Position numbers and translations under genes: made by a program. A DNA stretch of 64,000 nt, from assembly GCA_021809645.1 (NCBI GenBank), contig JAJZKE010000001.1, positions 47,245-111,244 of the forward strand. Direction: 5' to 3'. Below the pieces are notes generated by a model. The model ran no database searches. It saw only the letters and a list, made by a program, of their open reading frames with translations, and was not told the origin of the DNA. Shown here piece by piece: positions 29,247 to 37,682 of this stretch. The stretch's first letter is position 1; each line of letters opens with the position of its first letter. Origin of the DNA: a bacterium (GTDB lineage Bacteria > Patescibacteriota > Saccharimonadia > Saccharimonadales > UBA4665).

Positions 29247-29339
29247 ATTTATGATTATACATAGAATAACTTAGGTATTTATAACTTTTATTTAATATTA
29301 AGGTTTGTTAAATATATCAACTCATTAAAATAATTAGTT

Positions 29340-29348
29340 TGGTATAAT
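29340..29348 (+). promoter_or_regulatory. Extended -10 element (TGgTATAAT) for the PBP gene
   Basis: TGGTATAAT at 29340..29348, 32 nt upstream of the ATG at 29381. The -35 is weak. Confidence 0.45.
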
Positions 29349-29380
29349 GACATTTTAATAATTTAGGTTGGGATTTAATT

Positions 29381-32300
29381 ATGCCTCATAGTAAAAGTCG
29401 AGGTCGACAAAAAAGGCAAGTCTATACGACTAAAACCGGTAACTATATGAGGTTAAACCAATCAATTAGTGACCGTAAAAAAGCCCGAAAAGCTGAATCT
29501 GCCACCGAGAAAGCACTATATTTATCTACTCTACCTAAAAATAGGCTTAAGAGGATATTAGTTAGATGTAGTCCTCAAAGAATTTATCATTTTTGGTTTA
29601 GCCGCCAAGGCGCTCTGATGTCATTAAAGATTATTGGCATTGCTGTCTTTATCGGCTTTTTTTAACGATTGGCTTATTTGCTTATCTGAAAAAAGATCTT
29701 CCTCATTTAAATAGTATTTCTGGCGATAATTTAGGCGGCAGTATTTCTTATTACGATAGTACTGGTAAGGTGCTTTTATTCCAAGACTATAATGGAATTA
29801 AGAGAGTGCCTGTTGCTAGCAACCAAATATCTCCCTACATGAAAGATGCAACAGTTGCTATAGAAGATAAAAATTTCTATAAAGAAGGCGCATTCGATAT
29901 TAGATCAATATTTAGAGCCGGATTACACGATTTAACTGGAGGTAGTCTACAGGGAGCTTCAACGATTACCGAACAGCTGGTTAAGTTAAACGAAGGCTGG
30001 ATTGGTTCAAGAACTATTGCTACTAAGATAAAAGAAGTAATCTTAGCCGTTGAAGTAAATAGAGAATATTCTAAAAGCCAAATTCTAACAGGATACTTAA
30101 ATATTGCTCCTTATGGCAGTGTTGACTATGGTATTCAAGCTGCAGCTGAAGATTATTTTAGAACATCAGCCGCCAACCTTAGTCTTCCTCAAGCAGCGAT
30201 GTTAGCGGCAATTCCTCAATCGCCAGGTATTTATTCACCTTACGGATCAACTAAATGGAATCCAGCAGCTAGCAATACATTTGATGCTAAAACTTTAATT
30301 AATCGACAACATTACATATTGGAACAGATGGTACAACAAGGATATATTAGTCAATCCCAAGCTCAAGCAGCAATGTCTGTAAACGTTTTAAGCCAAGTTC
30401 AACCTGAACAAGGTAAGTATACTAATATTCAGGATCCGTATTTTGTTTTAGCCGCTAAACAGCAACTGATCAACCAATTTGGTCAAAATTTTGTTAATAA
30501 AGGTGGTGTTAAAGTCATAACTACTCTCAATCTTCAACTTCAAAAATATGCTCAACAAGATATAGCTAACAATACTGCAAATGTCGCGCGTGTTGGTGGC
30601 GACGAACAGGCTATGGTCGCTGAAAATGTTAAAACGGGTCAAGTTGTGGCTATGGTTGGCGGAGAAAACTTCAATAACCCAATCGATGGTCAGATAAATT
30701 ATGCGAATGTTAGGATATCTCCCGGTTCGGCATTAAAACCATTTATGTACGCTGCATTGATTCAAAATAATACAAATGTTGGCGCCGGTTCAGTTTTTTA
30801 CGATACGCAGAGTCCAATTCCAGGTTACCCATGTACCGATCACACTAGGCCAACATTAACTAGTAACGGCGGTAATTGTTTATGGGATGATAATTATACT
30901 TATCCAGGTCCAGAAACTATTAGATATGCTTTGGCGGGGTCAAGAAATGTTCCTGCTGTTAAGGCATCACTTGAAGTCGATCCAACTGACAATGGTTCAG
31001 ACGGATACAAACAATCAGTGAGTGATTGGATTAATTTAGCCAATCAAGCTATGGGAACTAAAAATGCCTATGCTTGTTATAAACCGGGTGTAAATGTCGA
31101 AAACGCTAGTGTTACTCAACAGACTCAATGTTATGGTGCTGCAGCATTAGGTGCTGGCGCAGTATCAATTAATCAAATAGTTAACGGTGATGCTACGTTA
31201 GCCAATATGGGACAAGAGTTACCACAAACATATATCCAAAAGATTATTGACGCTTCAGGTAATACAATATATCAATGGCAAAAAACAAAACCTACTCAAG
31301 TATATAAACCTGATACGGCTTACATTATAAATAGTATTTTAGACGATCCAAGAGCTACTTATTTGTTTTCATATCAAAAGTTTCAACATGATAACGGTTG
31401 GTACAACGCAGTCAAAACAGGTACTGAAAATCAGAATTACAATGGTCTTATGACTGCTTGGAATACCCAGTATGCTGTTGTTGGCTTTGCTGGTTATCAT
31501 ACGTTAGATAAACCTCTGATTGAAGGTTTTATGGAGGATATTACCGAGCCTATTACTAGGACATGGATGGAGCAAGCGTTAGCAGCTTTACATACTAAGC
31601 CAATTAATTGGCAACAACCAGCTGGCATCAAAACACTCCCTGGTTTTGTGCAGACGGTTAGTACTGGCTATGGCGCTCAGGTACCCGGGCCTAGTAGTGA
31701 TATCTACCCTGCTTGGTATACGGGTAAGGGTAGTAATACTCGGCCGGTTACCATTGATAAGGTCTCTGGCTATTTAGCAACAAGTTGTACGCCTCAATTA
31801 GCCCGACAAACAATCGGTGGCTCAACAACTAGTTCTTTTTCAGTTGATATATTTTACCCGAGGGTTGTTCCTGATATGTCAGCTTTAGAAAGCGGTAATA
31901 CGACATCTAGTTCTGCGATTACTCAAACTGATAATATTCATAACTGTAACGACAGTCCGCCAGCAATTGGTTCAATTTCAATAAGTAATAGTAATAATAA
32001 TCCAAATAGAATTGGTGCTTGTGATTCTTCTTGTGTAATTACAGTAACAGCTTCTGCTGGCAGCCATCCATTATCTGGCGGTAATTATACAAATGCGCCA
32101 GCAGGAACAATCAGTATCAAACTTAGCGGACAAAGTATCTGTACAATCGTTATACCGCCGGATCAAAGTCAAAATTTCCAAGGTAGTTGTCAATATGATC
32201 CAACAACGTCGGGCAGCGGTTTGTTGACAGCTACCGCTATAGATAGTGTCCTATATTCATCTCAACCGTATACAGCTAACCTGAATTATACTAGCAAGTT

Positions 32301-32517
32301 ATCTGGGTTAACTGTTACACAAAGCGGTTCAAGTTTAAACTTTAATTGGAATGGTGGTGTTGGCCAATATAATATCTATATTTCTGGAACTTCTAACGCT
32401 GTTGGTGGCAATTGTGACCCAACGTCTAGTAATAGCTGCACTGCCCCATTACCAACGTCGACTAGTAGTAGTTATACAGTCGAGGATAGTCTTGGTAATA
32501 CAGCTTCTAGTACATAA
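29381..32517 (+). pseudogene. Class A penicillin-binding protein (transglycosylase/transpeptidase) split by a 1-nt frameshift in a T7 run
   Basis: ORF 29381..29665 encodes a cytoplasmic tail plus half a TM helix (...IIGIAVFIGFF-stop). The frame of the 29770..32517 ORF, read upstream, continues as LTIGLFAYLKKDLPHLNS... One extra T in the run at 29657..29663 fuses the two. A GT51 motif (AIEDKNFY) and a transpeptidase domain (SPGSALKP) are present. Confidence 0.75.
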
Positions 32518-32522
32518 TTTGC

Positions 32523-33515
32523 TTAGTCAGACTTTATGGGTTTTGGGATAGTTGTTATGGCTTGAGTTAATTGTTGTTCGGTTAAGACTACTGAATTTCT
32601 CTTGATAATAATTTGGTTATACTGGTTAATTAAAGTTAAAACGCTATGTGCCAAATTATTATATGAAGAAACAAGGTTATTATATTGCGGTACTAATGAG
32701 TTATAACTATATACTTGATTTTGCGTTCGATAGTTATTTAGAGTATTTTGTAGGTTGTTAATACCCGATTTCAAACTATTTAATTGGTTTTCGTCGCTGT
32801 TTATCGTATTTTTAAGGCTTGTAAGTTGATTATCGTATGACTTGATTTCATTTTCTCTAGAAGTAAACGAATTTTGATAATCACTATAAAAATTAAATAG
32901 AACCTTTCTGTTGTTGAAGTACTGATGATAAAAGGCTGATAAACCTTTCGGTAAGCTTGGGACTTCTGTACCAAATAGTGAGGTCATTTCGTTTAGAACA
33001 TGCCCAGGCTCGGTTTTTTTGAAATTATTAATCTGAGCAATAATAACTTGATTTTTTAAGTCATTCTTTTCGTAGTTTAATAATTCTTTATCTAGTTTAT
33101 TTTTCTGGTATGTATTTAGTCTTTGATAGATGGCGTGTAAAGTCTCGTAGGCTGCAGTTACTTGAACTAAGCCATATAGTTGTTTATTAGTTACGTTTAG
33201 TAGGAATATACCTTTTTGATAAGGATGATAACAACCCAAGACGACTATGGTTTCCGAATTATTTGGACATTCTTTTGCGAATACTGATTTTGAATCAATT
33301 TGAGGATGATTAACATAAAAAACTTTCTTAGTATATGGTGTCATGCCATCTTGAATAACTATAGATGCAATTTCTGATGATGGTTTGTAATTCAACAAAG
33401 AGATGTAATCATCAATATTTTGTTTTTCGCTAATTACAAATATCGCTCCAGTGATAGTGATAATAATTATCGTCAGAGAAATAATAAGTTTTTTTAGACG
33501 TTTTGTATTGTTCAT
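32523..33515 (-). CDS. Hypothetical N-terminally membrane-anchored protein with an Asn/Gln-rich coiled-coil C-terminus
   Basis: A single N-terminal TM helix (LIISLTIIIITITGAIFVI), a central globular part, and a C-terminal NQLTSLKNTINSDENQLNSLKSGINNLQNTLNNY region. I recognise no family. Confidence 0.6.
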   Translation of the reverse strand: MNNTKRLKKLIISLTIIIITITGAIFVISEKQNIDDYISLLNYKPSSEIASIVIQDGMTPYTKKVFYVNHPQIDSKSVFAKECPNNSETIVVLGCYHPYQKGIFLLNVTNKQLYGLVQVTAAYETLHAIYQRLNTYQKNKLDKELLNYEKNDLKNQVIIAQINNFKKTEPGHVLNEMTSLFGTEVPSLPKGLSAFYHQYFNNRKVLFNFYSDYQNSFTSRENEIKSYDNQLTSLKNTINSDENQLNSLKSGINNLQNTLNNYRTQNQVYSYNSLVPQYNNLVSSYNNLAHSVLTLINQYNQIIIKRNSVVLTEQQLTQAITTIPKPIKSD

Positions 33516-33532
33516 GTAGCTTATTAGCTACA

Positions 33533-36016
33533 TTATACATTTTCGCCTGTTAAGGCAAAGTCTAGCCGGCCATCTTTGGCCCGTATATTAACAATATTAC
33601 CTCTATCAAGCTTATCTTTAAGTAGTTCTGTTGCTAAATAGTCTTCGATAGTGTTTTCGATAAGTCTTCGAAGAGGTCTGACACCATTTTTTACATCATA
33701 GCCGTTATTAAGAAGATATTGTTTAGCTTGAGATGTAAGCTCTACGCTAACACCATGTTTTACTAAGCGACGTTTTAAATCATCTATTTGGAGATCAATT
33801 ATCTTATATATATCTTTTTTAGTTAAAGCTCTAAAGACGATAATTTTATCAATTCTATTAAGAAGTTCTGGTCGTAATGATTTTTTAAGCTCAGCAGTTA
33901 CTTTATCTTTATTGGCTTCATGTAGTTCATCTAAAGAATCAATTTCTTTTTGATTGTAGGCGTTGAAACCTAAACTAGCTTCTTTTTGAAGCTTATCAGC
34001 ACCGATATTAGATGTCATGATAATAATTGTGTTGGTAAAATCTATACTACGTCCTTTAGCATCCGTTAATTTACCATCTTCCAATATCTGAAGAAGCATA
34101 TTAAATACTTCAGGATGAGCTTTTTCTATCTCATCAAATAAGACTAATGAATATGGTTGTCTTCTAATTTTGTCAGTTAATTGGCCACCATCTTCATAGC
34201 CAACGTAACCTGCTGGCGCTCCTACCAATCGGCTAACATTATGATGCTCGCCGAATTCACTCATATCAATTTTTACTAGCGCTGATTCTGAACCGAAAAA
34301 TTCTTTAGCTAATACTCTGGCCAGTTCGGTCTTGCCAACACCAGTCGGACCTAAGAATATAAACGATCCAATAGGTCTTTTCTCGCTACCAATGCCAGAT
34401 CTATTTCGACGTATAGCCTTAGCTACAGCATCGATCGCTTCTTTCTGGCCAATTAGTTGTTTGCCGATAACTTTTTCTATCTGTAATAAATACTTGGCTT
34501 CGCTTTTAATAACTCGTTTAACTGGTACTCCGCTAACTCTAGATACAACTTCAGCGATATGTTCGGGAGTAATAGCTATCGCCTTACTTTTAGTTACGTC
34601 TGCTTGTCGTTTTGTTAACTCATCAGCTATTTGAGATACTCTCGTTTTGTATTTTGCTGCTTTTTCATATTCTTCATTATCAACAGCCTCGTCGATTCTG
34701 ATGTTTAGTAGTTGAAGCTCTTTTTGTAGTTTACGTATTTCCGGGCTTGTTTTTGAGTTGACTACTCTAATATACGCGGCGGTTTCATCAATTAAGTCGA
34801 TAGCTTTATCAGGCATATGCCGATCAGCGATATATCTTTTTGCTAAATTAACGGCATCTTCAATTACTTCATCACTAATCTTAACATTATGAAAAGATTC
34901 ATAGTGTTTTCTAAGACCTTTTAATATGGCTATTGTTTCACTAACAGTGGTTTCTGGTACTTGAATGGGCTGGAATCGTCTTTCTAGAGCAGCATCTTTC
35001 TCAATATGTTTCGAATATTCGGCCGTAGTTGTTGCGCCAATAATTTGCATCTTACCTCTAGCTAAAGCTGGTTTTAAGATATTTCCAGCGTCCATTGCTC
35101 CTTCAGCAGCACCGGCGCCGACTATTAAGTGAAGTTCATCTATGAAGGCGATGATATTATCATCGTTTTCTAGTTCACTGATGACCTTTTTTAAACGATC
35201 TTCAAATTCTCCACGGTATTTAGTTCCCGCAACCATAGCTGCAAGATCAATTGTTATTATTCTTTTATCTAACAGACTATCTGGCACATCTTCATTAACG
35301 ATTCTATTTGCTAATCCCTCGACAATTGCTGTTTTTCCGACACCTGGTTCGCCAATTAAAACAGGATTGTTTTTATTACGTCGGTTTAATATTGTTATCA
35401 ATCGTTTAATTTGATTGTCTCGACCTACAAGCGGATCAAGTTTCTTTGCTTTTGCCATATCTGTTAAATCGACACCGAATAATTCAACTGCACTATTCTT
35501 ATTACTTTTTGAACGTCGTCTTGTTTCACCAACAATGCTTTCAGCGTATTGTTGACGATTCAAAAAACGACTTACTTCGTTGAGCAATTGATCTACGTCA
35601 ACATTCATATCTTTTAATAAAATTGTTGCTCGTGCATTTTTTTGACTTAATATACTGTATAAAATATGTTCTGTGCCACAATACTCTTGTGAAAACTCTT
35701 GAGCGATATCATAAGCTGTTCTTAGTGTTAGTTTAGCAGTTTCACTGAGTCCTTTAGCGCCAATCTGAATAACTAATGCTTTGGGTGTTAAATTTAATGC
35801 TAGACGGGCTCTATCTAAGGTAACACCAGCGTCGCTTAATATCTTAGACCCCATAGAGCCTGTTTGAGCCAATACGCCTAAAAGCAGATGTTCTGTGCCA
35901 ATATATGCACTGCCAAAGCTTCTAGCAATTAAATCTGCTTGCCTTAAACTTTGTTTCGCATTAGCTGTTAAATGCGATAAAAAATCTTGAAAATCAGGAT
36001 TGCTATCTGGTAACAT
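33533..36016 (-). CDS. clpC: ATP-dependent Clp protease ATP-binding subunit ClpC-type (class I AAA+)
   Basis: Two Clp_N repeats, two Walker A sites ([16 protein letters not shown]), and a UVR-like linker ([10 protein letters not shown]). Confidence 0.93.
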   Translation of the reverse strand: MLPDSNPDFQDFLSHLTANAKQSLRQADLIARSFGSAYIGTEHLLLGVLAQTGSMGSKILSDAGVTLDRARLALNLTPKALVIQIGAKGLSETAKLTLRTAYDIAQEFSQEYCGTEHILYSILSQKNARATILLKDMNVDVDQLLNEVSRFLNRQQYAESIVGETRRRSKSNKNSAVELFGVDLTDMAKAKKLDPLVGRDNQIKRLITILNRRNKNNPVLIGEPGVGKTAIVEGLANRIVNEDVPDSLLDKRIITIDLAAMVAGTKYRGEFEDRLKKVISELENDDNIIAFIDELHLIVGAGAAEGAMDAGNILKPALARGKMQIIGATTTAEYSKHIEKDAALERRFQPIQVPETTVSETIAILKGLRKHYESFHNVKISDEVIEDAVNLAKRYIADRHMPDKAIDLIDETAAYIRVVNSKTSPEIRKLQKELQLLNIRIDEAVDNEEYEKAAKYKTRVSQIADELTKRQADVTKSKAIAITPEHIAEVVSRVSGVPVKRVIKSEAKYLLQIEKVIGKQLIGQKEAIDAVAKAIRRNRSGIGSEKRPIGSFIFLGPTGVGKTELARVLAKEFFGSESALVKIDMSEFGEHHNVSRLVGAPAGYVGYEDGGQLTDKIRRQPYSLVLFDEIEKAHPEVFNMLLQILEDGKLTDAKGRSIDFTNTIIIMTSNIGADKLQKEASLGFNAYNQKEIDSLDELHEANKDKVTAELKKSLRPELLNRIDKIIVFRALTKKDIYKIIDLQIDDLKRRLVKHGVSVELTSQAKQYLLNNGYDVKNGVRPLRRLIENTIEDYLATELLKDKLDRGNIVNIRAKDGRLDFALTGENV

Positions 36017-36099
36017 TCTACCCCTTATTATATCTTAATTTAGATCAAATAATGCTGAAAAGATAAGATAAAAATGATCTAAGTAACATAATATATTAT

Positions 36100-36126
36100 T
36101 TAGCACTCTAACGTCAAGAGTGCTAA
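36100..36126. promoter_or_regulatory. CIRCE operator (HrcA box) upstream of clpC
   Basis: TTAGCACTC-taacgtcaa-GAGTGCTAA is an exact consensus match, 84 nt upstream of the clpC ATG. On the minus strand, TTGACG (36117..36112) in the N9 spacer, 16 nt, then TATATT (36095..36090) form a promoter-like pair. Confidence 0.85.
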
Positions 36127-36127
36127 C

Positions 36128-36370
36128 TTAGTTGTTTTCTTTGGTCATGAATTTAGCTAAAGCAATGCCGCCGATAGCTCCGATAACCGATGATCCGCCA
36201 ACTTCTAGGAAGCTATCTTCAAGACCATGACCATTAAATTGATCGATGAATTGACCGTATTTAATTCCGATCATTAAGCCTAAAACTGCGCCACCAATAG
36301 CAAAAATATGTTGAAGTCTTTTTTTTGATTCCGTTTGATTATGGTTGATTGATGGTTGATTTTTTTCCAT
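36128..36370 (-). CDS. Small (80 aa) glycine-zipper membrane protein
   Basis: Two Gly-rich hydrophobic segments (IFAIGGAVLGLMIGI and GGSSVIGAIGGIALA). The start lies 4 nt after the nusA stop. Confidence 0.5.
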   Translation of the reverse strand: MEKNQPSINHNQTESKKRLQHIFAIGGAVLGLMIGIKYGQFIDQFNGHGLEDSFLEVGGSSVIGAIGGIALAKFMTKENN

Positions 36371-36373
36371 CTC

Positions 36374-37537
36374 TTAAGCATTCTTTTCTTCACCATGCTC
36401 TTCAATTGCTTCTAGCAATGAGCTTTCCAATTCGCTTTTTTTCTTAAGCTTAGTAGTTTTTATTTTTTCAACTTGTTCGACCGGTTCTGTTAGATTGTTT
36501 TTCTCGGCTTCTATATCAAGTTCATAGCCTGTTAATTTCGATGCTAAACGAACATTTTGACCACCTTTACCGATAGCTATACTAAGCTGATCTTCGGGTA
36601 CGATAACTTTTGCTTTCTTGTTTGTCTCTTCGAAGACTACCTGGACTACTTTAGTTGGGCTTAAGGCGTTAATAATATATTCTTTGGGGTCAGTACTCCA
36701 AACAATTATGTCGATTTTTTCTTGTTCGCCAACTTCACTCATAACGGCATTAATTCGGGTACCATGACCGCCAACAAAAGTACCGACTGGATCAACACCT
36801 GGAACATTTGAAGCTACGGCTATTTTAGTTCGTATGCCTGCTTCTCGAGCAATGCCCTTAATTTCGACAGCCTTAGATTCCATTTCAGGAACTTCGCCTC
36901 GAAAAAGCCATTCCATGAATTGTGTGTTGCCACGACTAACAATTAATTGCGGTCCTCTGGCATTTTTTTCAACGTCTTTTAAATATACTTTAATTCTTTG
37001 TCCGGGATAATAGTGTTCGCCTTGTATTTGTTCGCTACGAGGCATTATGCCTTGAGCTTTACCAAGATCAACACGTACAACTGGCCCTTCTACGCGAGCA
37101 ACATTAGCATTAATCAATGAACCTATCTTATCTTCGTATTCCGTTAGGATTATTTCTCTTTCAGCTTCTCTAAGTCGTTGTAAAATAACTTGCTTTGCAG
37201 TTTGAGCAGCAACTCGACCAAAATCTTCAGGTTTTTCGTGAACTTCTACTGTTTCACCGACTTTAATATCTTTATTGTTCTTCAAGGCATCATTAAGACT
37301 AATTTCTAATGCTGGGTTTGAAACTTTTTCGACAACCTCTTTAGTAACATAGACATCAATAATTCCGGTATTTAAGTTGATACTTACTCTTATATCTTGA
37401 TCGCGATCGCCGTAATCTCGTTTATATGCTGCAGCTAATGCTTGTTCGACTACTTCTTGAACTGCAGCTTCTGGCAAATTTTTTTCTTCAGCTATTGCCT
37501 TGATGGCAACGACTAGTTGTTTCATATCTAAATCCAT
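36374..37537 (-). CDS. nusA: Transcription termination/antitermination factor NusA
   Basis: N-terminal domain, S1 domain, and two KH domains (IGKGGQNVRLASKLTG). Confidence 0.95.
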   Translation of the reverse strand: MDLDMKQLVVAIKAIAEEKNLPEAAVQEVVEQALAAAYKRDYGDRDQDIRVSINLNTGIIDVYVTKEVVEKVSNPALEISLNDALKNNKDIKVGETVEVHEKPEDFGRVAAQTAKQVILQRLREAEREIILTEYEDKIGSLINANVARVEGPVVRVDLGKAQGIMPRSEQIQGEHYYPGQRIKVYLKDVEKNARGPQLIVSRGNTQFMEWLFRGEVPEMESKAVEIKGIAREAGIRTKIAVASNVPGVDPVGTFVGGHGTRINAVMSEVGEQEKIDIIVWSTDPKEYIINALSPTKVVQVVFEETNKKAKVIVPEDQLSIAIGKGGQNVRLASKLTGYELDIEAEKNNLTEPVEQVEKIKTTKLKKKSELESSLLEAIEEHGEEKNA

Positions 37538-37573
37538 AGTTTTTCCTTTTCAATAATTGGAGGTTTAATAATT

Positions 37574-37603
37574 AAAAAAACCGACCTATTGTCAATCGGT
37601 CGG
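37574..37603 (-). terminator. Intrinsic-terminator-like hairpin plus T7 in the nusA leader
   Basis: Minus strand CCGACC-11 nt-GGTCGG followed by TTTTTTT, 36 nt upstream of the nusA ATG. The stem is only 6 bp and the loop is large. Confidence 0.35.
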
Positions 37604-37617
37604 AAACCTATATTTAT

Positions 37618-37646
37618 AGATTAGCATATATAATAATTTATGTAAA
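37618..37646 (-). promoter_or_regulatory. Candidate nusA promoter upstream of the leader hairpin
   Basis: Minus strand TTTACA (37646..37641), a 17-nt spacer, then TAATCT (37623..37618). Confidence 0.3.
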
Positions 37647-37682
37647 TTGCCTTTTTATATATTTTAAGGATAAGATAGGTTA

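Noticed and set aside
29247-29380. T-box riboswitch upstream of tyrS
   Set aside because: Only 134 nt are available, shared with the divergent PBP promoter. No specifier-loop or T-box (AGGGUGGUACCGCG-like) sequence was seen.
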